From contig JBCCIM010000004.1 in the NCBI GenBank assembly GCA_039111535.1, positions 1,722 through 65,721 on the forward strand: a stretch of 64,000 nt of DNA, in the 5' to 3' direction. Positions 18,565 to 26,667 of the stretch are shown one piece after another. Below the pieces are notes generated by a model. That model was not told the DNA's origin and did no database searches. It was given only the letters and a program-made list of their open reading frames with translations. Positions within the stretch are counted from its first letter, which is position 1, and every line of letters starts with the position of its first letter. A program made the position numbers and the translations under genes. Source of the DNA: Bacteroidota bacterium (GTDB lineage Bacteria > Bacteroidota > Rhodothermia > Rhodothermales > JAHQVL01).

Positions 18565-20916
18565 TCACACGTTGCGCAGTAAATCGGCCGGGTTGGCTTT
18601 GCTTAGGCGGAATACTTGTGACAGCAGTGTGAGGCCGGCCAGGAGGACAACAAGGCCAAAGGCAATCATGAACGGTGCCGGGCCAAGTGGCATGTGCTCG
18701 AGGGCAAACTGGTCGAGCATGAGCTTGAGGATGACGAAACCAACGGGTGCTGCCAGTACGCCGGCAATCATTAGCAAGACGGCAAACCGCCGGTTGGTCA
18801 ACTTGACAATCTGCCCAACCGATGCGCCGAGGATTTTGCGGATGCTCATTTCTTTCATGCGGCTCGAAACCTGCTGTGCTGCCAGGCCGAAGAGTCCGGC
18901 GCACGACAGGATGAGGGCAAACAAGGCGGCAAAATAAAAGATGTTGTTGATGCGGCCCGATTCAGCGAAGTAGCCAGCAAATGCCTGATCCTGATAAAAT
19001 GAGCTAAACGTAGTTTCGGGGAAGTTTTCCCGCCAGATGGCCGAGAGTTGATTGGTAATCGCTTGCGTAGCTTTTGGTTGTGTGCGTACCGCTAGAAAAA
19101 TGAACCCGTCACTATCAGTTGTGCGAAGGTAGGCCGGTTCGATGGCATGTGAGAAGTTCTGGAAGTAAAAGTCTTGTACAACACCCGCTACCCGGTACGA
19201 CGTACTGTCCAGCACAACAAGCTGATCAACAGCAGTATATGTACCAAGGAGTTCGGCCATGGATGCATTGATCACCACGTCAGCCGGACCGGCAGGATAT
19301 GTGCCGGCAATTAGTTTGGGGCGCACTACATCAAAATAGGTTGGCGCCACTTCGAATTCGAAGGCAGTATGGGAAGTCTCTGTAAGCTGCAGGTTTACTT
19401 CGTGCAGGGGATATGCACCAATATGGTTATTTGCGCCGGCTACGGCTGTAACGCCAGGTAAGGCGCTTGCAGCCTGGAGCATGGTGCCATAAGATTCTGG
19501 CCCTGTATGGAGGACGATTGTGTCTGCGTTGTCGTACCCCCAATCCGTATGTTGTAAATAGTTTTTGTTTAGCGTGAGGCCTACGCTGACGACCATCGTG
19601 ATCAGGGCAAGTACAAACTGTAGACCCAGCAGCGTCAACATGATGCGCTTCGGACCGCCCATTTGCAGCCGGCCGGAAAAAATGGTTACCGGCTTGAATG
19701 CTGATATGTAAAACGCAGGGTAAAGGCCTGATACAAAGCCCAGCGCCACAACGAGGCATCCCAGGTAAATCCATAAATCGGGCCGGGTCAACAGGTTGAA
19801 GCTGAGGTCGAGTCCATTGGTGATATACGTGAAACCGGGAATTAAAAAGCTCCGCGCTACCAATACGCCAATCACCAGCGCAAGACTACATAGCAAGATG
19901 TTCTCAGACAAAAACTGAAATATGAGTTGCCGTTGCTGGCCGCCCATAACCTTTCGAATCCCAATTTCCTGCATCCGCGTGTGCATGGCGCCCAGCGTGA
20001 TATTCATGTAGTTGAAGCAAGCCAACAAGAATAAAAACAGGGTGATGGTGGATAACACAATAATAGGACCCCAGTTAACCTGGTATGCGATGGTATATTT
20101 GACATCCGTTTTATTGTGCGAAATGTCTTTCAGGTTCTTCAGGTAGAACTGTTGGATCTGGTGTTCGAGCGGGGCTGCGCTTTGTTGTGCAGCCGCATAA
20201 GTTTTCAGGCTTGGGGTAACGGAGGCGCCCACTGCCGGCGTAGCAAGCTCAACAAATGTTGCGCGAACCAGGTTTGTCCAGCTGTTGAAATCGGTATCCG
20301 CTTTTTCCAGTACGTTAATCGGTAGCAGCAACGAAAAGCCAAGGCTGGTATTGGGGGGAAGTTTTTCTACAACACCACGCACGGTAAATGCCTGTTCTGG
20401 CGCGCCATCAATACTGAGATAGAGCAACTGTCCGAATGCTTCCCCTGTCGGGAAGTATTTGGCAGCCATTTCCGGTGTAATGACGATGCCATCCGCTGCG
20501 TGTAGGGCATCCTCGTTACCGGCCTGCATGGGGAAAGAGAACATCGACAGAAAAGAGGGATCAACAAACCGGGCGAACTCGGAGAAGTGGAAATCCTCAG
20601 TGATAACCAACACTTGCGCTTCGGCAACTCGGACGGCGTCATTTACCAGCGCTTGTTCATCGCGTAGTGCCGGCCCAAGCGGAGCCGGCGATTTGCCCCA
20701 AGTTTCGATCACTCCGTTCACGTCCGCTGTATGTTCTACAAGAAAGATTCGATCAGCTTTTTCGTGAAAGGTGTCGCGCTGTAGTTCTGAAAAGACAAAC
20801 AGATACGCAAGAATCCCACATCCCAGTGTGATTGACAGGCCAAACAGATTAATACCCGTTGCAACTTTGTTTTTGAGCAAAGCCCGATAAGCAAGTTTGA
20901 AATAGCTTTTCAGCAT
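18565..20916 (-). CDS. ABC transporter permease, duplicated FtsX/MacB type (paralog 5)
   Basis: 783 aa. N-terminus MLKSYFKLAYRALLKNK. Motifs QEIGIRKVMGG and KEMSIRKILGA. Tail SKANPADLLRNV. Confidence 0.9.
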   Translation of the reverse strand: MLKSYFKLAYRALLKNKVATGINLFGLSITLGCGILAYLFVFSELQRDTFHEKADRIFLVEHTADVNGVIETWGKSPAPLGPALRDEQALVNDAVRVAEAQVLVITEDFHFSEFARFVDPSFLSMFSFPMQAGNEDALHAADGIVITPEMAAKYFPTGEAFGQLLYLSIDGAPEQAFTVRGVVEKLPPNTSLGFSLLLPINVLEKADTDFNSWTNLVRATFVELATPAVGASVTPSLKTYAAAQQSAAPLEHQIQQFYLKNLKDISHNKTDVKYTIAYQVNWGPIIVLSTITLFLFLLACFNYMNITLGAMHTRMQEIGIRKVMGGQQRQLIFQFLSENILLCSLALVIGVLVARSFLIPGFTYITNGLDLSFNLLTRPDLWIYLGCLVVALGFVSGLYPAFYISAFKPVTIFSGRLQMGGPKRIMLTLLGLQFVLALITMVVSVGLTLNKNYLQHTDWGYDNADTIVLHTGPESYGTMLQAASALPGVTAVAGANNHIGAYPLHEVNLQLTETSHTAFEFEVAPTYFDVVRPKLIAGTYPAGPADVVINASMAELLGTYTAVDQLVVLDSTSYRVAGVVQDFYFQNFSHAIEPAYLRTTDSDGFIFLAVRTQPKATQAITNQLSAIWRENFPETTFSSFYQDQAFAGYFAESGRINNIFYFAALFALILSCAGLFGLAAQQVSSRMKEMSIRKILGASVGQIVKLTNRRFAVLLMIAGVLAAPVGFVILKLMLDQFALEHMPLGPAPFMIAFGLVVLLAGLTLLSQVFRLSKANPADLLRNV

Positions 20917-21084
20917 GATAGGTGGCCGTGAGTCTTGAAAGCGGTGTATGCCCTATAGTATAACTGAAATCATGCCATTTGTTGTAAGTGTAATAAATAC
21001 AAATGTTTGTGTGTGTTAGTGTTTAGGATTAAGTGTTCGGCGCCGGCACAGCTAATGTGCGATATTGAACAGTTGGGGGGATCT

Positions 21085-21148
21085 GGTGTTTTTTCGGGTT
21101 TTGGTGTTTTCGGGTTTTGGTGTTTTCGTTTTTTTGGGTTTTGGTGCC
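21085..21148. repeat. tandem 16-24 nt G/T repeat (GGTGTTTTCGGGTTTT-like, 3 copies)
   Basis: ggtgttttttcgggtttt / ggtgttttcgggtttt / ggtgttttcgtttttttgggtttt / ggtgcc, read directly. Confidence 0.8.
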
Positions 21149-21160
21149 AGCTTTGCATTT

Positions 21161-21199
21161 CCTCCTCACTCCAAACTCCTCGCTCCAAACACCTCACAC
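21161..21199 (-). repeat. heptamer-phased repeat (minus strand GAGGTGT TTGGAGC GAGGAGT TTGGAGT GAGGAGG)
   Basis: Plus strand reads cctcctcactccaaactcctcgctccaaacacctcacac. It has a 14-nt super-period similar to the 18485 locus. Confidence 0.7.
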
Positions 21200-21238
21200 A
21201 AAAAAAGCCCCGAAGCGCAATGCCTCGGGGCCTTTTTT
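21200..21238 (-). terminator. rho-independent terminator (bidirectional shape) after the TonB-dependent receptor gene
   Basis: aaaaaaa GCCCCGAag cgcaatgcc TCGGGGC cttttttaa. A GC stem is flanked by an A-run and a T-run, 19 nt downstream of the receptor stop. Confidence 0.8.
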
Positions 21239-21256
21239 AAAACCTATCCGGTTAGG

Positions 21257-24200
21257 CTAGAACGTGTAGCGGAAGCCCATTTGCATGAACCAGCGCGAGC
21301 TGTAGCTGCCGGAGTCTTTGATCTGATCTTTGAAGAAGTCATCCTCGGTAGGTGTTCTTTCCGGGTTGAATTCAAGGCGATAGATCGGGGTGAAGTCGTT
21401 GTTGGCAGCGTCAACAAAACCACGGAATTCCACGAGTTCAAAACCACCGTTGCTTGAGCTGGTGAACTTGTCGTAGCGGAGGCCCCAGTCTTTGTTGAGC
21501 ATGTTGCCAATGTTGAAGATATCGAGGGTGAACTCGAGCTTCGTGCGGCGGCTGCCCAGGTTGGCAAACAGCTCCTGAGAGAACTTGAAGTCGAAGATGT
21601 TCTCGAAAGGAAGCCGGCTGCCGTTACGCTGTGCAAAGTCGCCACGGCGATCGCTCAGGTAGTCGCTGCTTTCGATGAAGGCATCGAGGGCTGCTGCTGA
21701 TGCGGCTGCGTCACCTTCCCATACAAAATCGCTGGCACTGTTTGGTACAAACAGCAGGCCGAAGTCGCGATAGCCTGGTGCGTTAACCAGTGCATCGCTG
21801 TTGTCGATTGTGTAGTTGAATGGACGACCGCTCTGGCCTGTGTAGAACAGCGATACGGTTGTACCGAGGTTGTTCAGGAATTCTTTCCGAACGGTTACAG
21901 ACGCCAGGAGGCGGTGACCAATCGAGAAGTCTGAACGGGTGAGCGACAATTCGTTTGGCAGGTTGTCAGCAACCTCTACAGAACGCCACAGGGTGTTGAT
22001 CTGAGAAGAGGTGCCGTCGTTGACTGCAAACGCGTCACCGAAGGTGTAGGAACCTGAGAGGATCAGGTCACTGTCGCGACCCAGCGCTTCCCTGAACGCT
22101 TTGGAAAGTGAAGCCGTGATGTCAAAGCTATGGCCTTCGCTTGTATTGCCAACCCGGTGAACGGCGCTATAGCGTGGGTCAATTACAATGTCGCCATTGT
22201 AAAACGGCCGGCTGCCAACACCTGAAGTCACAGCAACGGCGCTAGGATTCAGGTTGACGTTGGTCACGAGGATGTTGCTCAACGTTTTGGTAAACTGCCC
22301 TTCAAGCGTACCGATGAGGCCGTTGCCAAAGTCGCGGTCGAGCGCGAGGCTTGTACGCAGTACTTGTGGATAACGGAATCCTTCTTCGAAGATTTCGAGG
22401 CGTCCGCTCGGGATGTCACTCTGTCCGAAGTCAGCACCAGTCAACTGCTGCTGAGGATCTGCGATGAACGGTACAGCATCACCTGAAGGCAGTGTGCCTC
22501 CAAAGTTGAAGATGTAGCCCGAGTTGGTACCGTTGTTGAGGAACATGCTACCAGGCCATACAAACGGTACACGGCCCGTAAACACGCCAACACCACCGCG
22601 AAGCTGCAGCGTCTGGTCACCATTGACATCATAGTTGAAGCCAACGCGAGGGGAGAAGTACGGCAGCGCATCAGGTGTTTGGCCTGGTGTTGCGCCGTTC
22701 AGGTCGTACTGGGCTTCGATGTCCGGTATGGTTGTCGTTAACGCATCGGGAACGAAGCCTGGTGTCGAAGTAACTTTCGGGAAGTCTACGCGGAGACCAT
22801 AGGTCAGACGCAAGTCTTCGTTCACCTGCCATTCGTCCTGCGCATAGAAACCAACCTGCATGGCTTTGAACGCGCCAATTGCATTGGTGCCGTCGCCGGC
22901 TACTCCGTCAACCAGTGAATAGCCACGCTGGAAAACACGCGGTGCTACTGGATCAACGTCTGGATTGCCAATGGCGTCGAGCGACTGCAGGAAGTCGTCC
23001 AGGCTATCGTATTCGTATGAACCGAAGTTACGTGGAATGAACAGGTTACCAATGTCATAAAACTCCAGGTGTGCACCGAACGTCCAGGTGTGGTTGCCCG
23101 AGAACAGGTTGAAGTTGTTGGTAATCGTGAAGATATCCTGCTCAAGGATGTTGGCGGTAGAGAAAGGCTCAGAGCCAAGGAAAATCTCACCGTCGCCATC
23201 GTTGATGATAACTTCAGGGAATGGATTGCCCGTGATACCACGGTCGTCTTCAACCCGGGTGAAACCAATGAGCAACTTGTTGGCGAACTGGGTGCCAAAC
23301 GTGCTGTTCAGCTCAAGCGCCGTAGAGTTCGTTTTGTTCGGAAAGAACTCAGAGTTGTTGCCATAATTGAGGGTTGTTGACCGGCTTCTGAAAGCATCAA
23401 TGTTCTCTGAATCTGAGTAGCTGTGACGCAGGCTCAGCTTGTTGGTGTTGTTGATGTTCCAGTCGATCTTGGCGAGGATTTTATTGTCATCCAGGGAAGA
23501 CACTTTGTCGCCGAAGTCGCCCGGGTCGTAGCCCGTGGAGCTGATCAGTGTGTTACGAAGCTCATCAAGCCGGCCGGCAGACGTGCCCAGGTAATCCTGG
23601 AAGTCCTGTGGCGTTTCTGAACGCAGGAGTTCAGCATTGGCGAAGAAGAACAATTTGTTCTTGATGATCGGGCCACCGAGGCGAATACCATAGCGATTGC
23701 TGGAGAAGTCTGCCAGTGATTCGCGATCGATACCCAGGAAGTCAGCCTGAACACCTGGCGTTTTTCCTACAAAGGCTTCGTTTCTCAGGTAAGAGTAAAC
23801 TGAGCCTTCAAAGGTGTTTGTACCAGAGCGGGTAACCGCGTTGATAGAACCGCCTGTGAAACCGCTCTGTGTAACATCATAAGGAGAGATGTTGATCTGG
23901 AACTCTTCGATGGCGTCGATAGAGATCGGCGTAGAGCCGGTCTGGCCGCCGTTGGTACCCTGTGCAGACAGGCCAAAGACGTCATTGTTTACTGTACCAT
24001 CAATGTAGATCGCGTTGTAGCGGTTGTTCTGGCCGGCGATTGAGATGGCTGGGCCATCATCGTCGTCGTTTTCAACGTAAGCCTGAGGCGTGAGGCGCGT
24101 GAAGTCAGCCAGGTCCCGACCGATGGTTGGGGTGTAGTTCAGGCGTTCTTCGTTGATGCTTGTGCCTGTACCAACGCGGCTTGGGTCAAATACGCCGCCA

Positions 24201-24586
24201 CTGGCGACAACTTCGATACCGTCGAGTTCGACAGCTTCTTCGAAGAGCGCAGCGTTGAGCTGGAAGGTCTCACCAAGCTTCAGGTACACATTGTCCAGTG
24301 TGTAGGTCTGGAAGCCGACGAAGCTTACTTCGATTGTGTATGGTCCACCAACGCGCATACCGCGGATGTTGAACACACCCTGAACGTTTGTGGTGGCACC
24401 GTACTGCGTGCCGGAAGGATCGTGGGTAGCAATTGCATTGGCGCCTGGCAGGGTTTCACCTGCTTCGTCAAAGATGTTACCACGCATGGAAGATGTTGTA
24501 ACGCCCTGGCCGAACGCCGGCAGTGCAGCAAAAGCAATCAGGAGGCTAAACATCAAAACCCGCAAGAAGGAGTCTCTGAGGTTCAT
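21257..24586 (-). CDS. TonB-dependent receptor with carboxypeptidase-regulatory-like N-terminal domain
   Basis: Start chosen at MNLRDSFLRVLMFSLLIAFAALPAFGQ (signal peptide). An N-terminal CarbopepD_reg-like domain (MRGNIFDEAGETLPGANAIATH...TIEVSFVGFQ) is followed by plug and barrel regions. The C-terminus GFRYTF ends in an aromatic residue. Confidence 0.9.
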   Translation of the reverse strand: MNLRDSFLRVLMFSLLIAFAALPAFGQGVTTSSMRGNIFDEAGETLPGANAIATHDPSGTQYGATTNVQGVFNIRGMRVGGPYTIEVSFVGFQTYTLDNVYLKLGETFQLNAALFEEAVELDGIEVVASGGVFDPSRVGTGTSINEERLNYTPTIGRDLADFTRLTPQAYVENDDDDGPAISIAGQNNRYNAIYIDGTVNNDVFGLSAQGTNGGQTGSTPISIDAIEEFQINISPYDVTQSGFTGGSINAVTRSGTNTFEGSVYSYLRNEAFVGKTPGVQADFLGIDRESLADFSSNRYGIRLGGPIIKNKLFFFANAELLRSETPQDFQDYLGTSAGRLDELRNTLISSTGYDPGDFGDKVSSLDDNKILAKIDWNINNTNKLSLRHSYSDSENIDAFRSRSTTLNYGNNSEFFPNKTNSTALELNSTFGTQFANKLLIGFTRVEDDRGITGNPFPEVIINDGDGEIFLGSEPFSTANILEQDIFTITNNFNLFSGNHTWTFGAHLEFYDIGNLFIPRNFGSYEYDSLDDFLQSLDAIGNPDVDPVAPRVFQRGYSLVDGVAGDGTNAIGAFKAMQVGFYAQDEWQVNEDLRLTYGLRVDFPKVTSTPGFVPDALTTTIPDIEAQYDLNGATPGQTPDALPYFSPRVGFNYDVNGDQTLQLRGGVGVFTGRVPFVWPGSMFLNNGTNSGYIFNFGGTLPSGDAVPFIADPQQQLTGADFGQSDIPSGRLEIFEEGFRYPQVLRTSLALDRDFGNGLIGTLEGQFTKTLSNILVTNVNLNPSAVAVTSGVGSRPFYNGDIVIDPRYSAVHRVGNTSEGHSFDITASLSKAFREALGRDSDLILSGSYTFGDAFAVNDGTSSQINTLWRSVEVADNLPNELSLTRSDFSIGHRLLASVTVRKEFLNNLGTTVSLFYTGQSGRPFNYTIDNSDALVNAPGYRDFGLLFVPNSASDFVWEGDAAASAAALDAFIESSDYLSDRRGDFAQRNGSRLPFENIFDFKFSQELFANLGSRRTKLEFTLDIFNIGNMLNKDWGLRYDKFTSSSNGGFELVEFRGFVDAANNDFTPIYRLEFNPERTPTEDDFFKDQIKDSGSYSSRWFMQMGFRYTF

Positions 24587-24756
24587 AGTAAGTATATATA
24601 AAGTTAGGGAATACAAAATTGGTGGAGTTCAAAATTACCACTTATTCCACTAATACCTGCTACCGTAATGTTAAGCGCCGATTAACTGCGTCAAATTCCG
24701 CTTTTCTTCATTACAAGCTCAGCTTACCTTCATCAAATCGTTGCACCTCCTTCACA

Positions 24757-24800
24757 GAAAAAGGCCTGCATGTGGAAACCCTGTTCAGCATGCAGGCCTT
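24757..24800 (-). terminator. rho-independent terminator downstream of the 24901-25443 gene
   Basis: Minus strand reads AAGGCCTGCATG ctgaacagggtttcca CATGCAGGCCTT followed by TTTCTGTG. Confidence 0.7.
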
Positions 24801-24802
24801 TT

Positions 24803-24840
24803 GAATATCGAACATCGAACAAGGAACGCTGAATGTCGAA
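24803..24840 (-). repeat. degenerate heptamer-phased repeat (minus strand TTCGACA TTCAGCG TTCCTTG TTCGATG TTCGATA)
   Basis: Read directly. It lies between the perfect heptamer array and the terminator. Confidence 0.55.
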
Positions 24841-24852
24841 GGGAAATTCAAT

Positions 24853-24905
24853 CACTCCTCACTCCTCACTCCTCACTCCTCACTCCTCACTCCTCACTCC
24901 TCACT
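24853..24905 (-). repeat. perfect tandem heptamer array, (CACTCCT)7 on plus = (GGAGTGA)7 on the coding (minus) strand
   Basis: Seven exact copies plus a partial copy. The partial copy contains the TGA stop codon (24901-24903) of the upstream minus-strand gene. Confidence 0.95.
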
Positions 24906-25443
24906 TATCCACCGAATCGTAATCGAGTACGTCTTTGCCGGCTTCGGCTGAGAGGATGTCGAGCGCACAAGAGGCGCCTTCGCCGGCTGAGATGATGGCC
25001 TGACTGCGGCGCAGCTTGGTGCCGCGTCCGATCACATACAGACGATCAATATCGGTGCGTCCGTCTCGGTCCACCTGAACACCTGAAAGGGCCAATTCAA
25101 GGCCCAGGTTATTGCAGAGTTTCATGCCTTTGCCTTCTGCAATGATCAGGTATTTACTGGTATGGGTTTGTTTGTCGTCGGTAGTAATGGTAAACGTATC
25201 GCCAGCTGTAATCGACTCCACAAATTTATCTTCCAGACGTGCGCCGAAACTTGCTACTTGTTTGCGGCTGATTTCCTGAAACGCCGTGCCCGTCATTTCT
25301 TCGATGCCGAGGTAATTGTACAGCATAGCGTAATGCATCGCTGTTTCATTTTTACCAAAAACTGTTACTTCCATGCCTTTCTTCGCAAGAAAAAGGGCTG
25401 CACTCAAGCCGGCTGGCCCGTCGCCAACAATAATGGTACTCAT
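24901..25443 (-). CDS. thioredoxin-reductase-like flavoprotein consisting of the FAD domain only (180 aa)
   Basis: GxGxxG motif in IIVGDGPAGLSAALFLAKKG. YLIIAEGKG matches the ATG-type strand of TrxR. The C-terminal RLYVIGRG...QAIISAGEGASCALDI matches the TrxR FAD-domain end. There is no CxxC and no NADPH domain. The ATG at 25443 is preferred over the TTG at 25458. Confidence 0.7.
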   Translation of the reverse strand: MSTIIVGDGPAGLSAALFLAKKGMEVTVFGKNETAMHYAMLYNYLGIEEMTGTAFQEISRKQVASFGARLEDKFVESITAGDTFTITTDDKQTHTSKYLIIAEGKGMKLCNNLGLELALSGVQVDRDGRTDIDRLYVIGRGTKLRRSQAIISAGEGASCALDILSAEAGKDVLDYDSVDK

Positions 25444-25502
25444 ATCCGCTATCGCCAATGTTTTTAGGAGGAGAACTACATAGATGTCCCTCTAACCACT
25501 AA

Positions 25503-26012
25503 TTACAAATAACGCTCCCTGATTACAGCGATGTGGTGTAATTCGTGTCCCGAAATGATATACATCAACGCGTGTACGGTGAATAGGCCATTGTTTGCGG
25601 TACCGGTGCGTGCCAATTCATCTTCAGATAAATGTTTGAAAAAGTGAATCGTCCCTTGTCTAACGGAATCATATTCTTCAATAAGCGATTCTATAGTACG
25701 GCCGGCAAAATTAACATTCGCCATATACAAGTCCTGGTCCATGCCAGGCAATGATTGCTGATCACCTCTTGCCATGCTAAGGGCACGGTACACAAAGACA
25801 CGTTCTGTGTCAATTAAATGCCCTAACACCTCTTTTAGCGTCCATTTTCCTGGTGCGTACGCATAGTCACCCTGGGCCGCTGAAAGGCTTTTGTAAAGCG
25901 CGATGGTTTCATCAGATTGAACCTTCAGTTGGTTGGGGAATTTGACATCAGGTACCTTTTCTACGTATCGTTTGTAGAAAGGCGGGTATGCTGTAGACTC
26001 AGGGTTTGGCAT
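25503..26012 (-). CDS. DinB-family (four-helix-bundle metal-binding) protein
   Basis: 169 aa. WTLKEVLGHLIDTERVF and ISGHELHHIAVIRE give the histidine pattern typical of the DinB/YfiT-like family. Confidence 0.75.
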   Translation of the reverse strand: MPNPESTAYPPFYKRYVEKVPDVKFPNQLKVQSDETIALYKSLSAAQGDYAYAPGKWTLKEVLGHLIDTERVFVYRALSMARGDQQSLPGMDQDLYMANVNFAGRTIESLIEEYDSVRQGTIHFFKHLSEDELARTGTANNGLFTVHALMYIISGHELHHIAVIRERYL

Positions 26013-26133
26013 GATTTAGGTAGAGGCAAATGGAACTGTAGCAGTAGGAATATAAGTCGGCTGTGTGTATTTCAACGTGAGAATATAGCATATTTTATTT
26101 GTGATGCCCGTACAATCTGTTTCTAAATCCCAG

Positions 26134-26571
26134 ATGAGTAAAGATCCTGTTTTAATTCGGCGCTTCAGCCTGAATCAGCAGGCCATGCATGCCCAGGAAT
26201 TCCTTCGCAAAGAGGGAATTGAAGCATTCATCTATATGGATGCCATATGGAGTGGAGGAGGGGAAACACAGCAAGGTATTCAGCTGGTTGTGAAAGCTGC
26301 TGATGCTGATGAAGCCTTTGGTCTTTTGCGCGCTTACGATACGCGTGATGAGGTCGTATCCCCCAATGTTATCGCCGGCGAGAAACAAGAAGGCCGGTTC
26401 TATTTGCAGGCTGCCTGGTTTGTTAGTGTCCTTTTTGCCTTTCTACTCGGTAGCTTCCTTACCGATAAAACCCTCGACAGCACCGAAGTGGCTGTTGGAT
26501 GTGGTTTCCTTATTACCGCCGGCTACCTTTTCTTTGTAGCCAACATGCAAAAACGCAAGATTCACGCCTGA
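26134..26571 (+). CDS. DUF2007-like domain protein with C-terminal TM helices
   Basis: The N-terminal ~70 aa (AMHAQEFLRKEGIEAFIY...IQLVVKAADADEAFGLL) resemble the DUF2007 fold. Two hydrophobic helices follow. The start is uncertain (GTG 26101, ATG 26104 or ATG 26134). Confidence 0.5.
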   Translation: MSKDPVLIRRFSLNQQAMHAQEFLRKEGIEAFIYMDAIWSGGGETQQGIQLVVKAADADEAFGLLRAYDTRDEVVSPNVIAGEKQEGRFYLQAAWFVSVLFAFLLGSFLTDKTLDSTEVAVGCGFLITAGYLFFVANMQKRKIHA

Positions 26572-26667
26572 TAAGCCCGTAAACGCCCGCCTTATCTGTA
26601 ACATTGTTTGGTCGAAACTTATCTCAAGGAAAATATTAAGATAGGTTGCTATCCAACGAGGTTAATT

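Noticed and set aside
18125-18904. 259-aa minus-strand ORF spanning the ends of two convergent genes
   Set aside because: It overlaps two well-supported CDS (DUF5916 and permease 5) and the repeat spacer. Its composition is Arg/Pro-rich, typical of an off-frame artefact.
21007-21457. Plus-strand ORFs of 77 and 130 aa across the 21-kb spacer
   Set aside because: They are translations of the G/T tandem repeats (FGVFGFWCFRFFGFW). They also run through the terminator and antisense into the TonB-receptor gene.
24853-24905. Possible CRISPR array or telomere-like repeat
   Set aside because: The units are 7 nt and directly abutting with no spacers. No cas genes are in the window.
24741-24995. 84-aa ORF containing LLTPHSSLLTPHSSLL
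   Set aside because: This is a translation of the heptamer array. It crosses a terminator hairpin and runs antisense into the flavoprotein gene.
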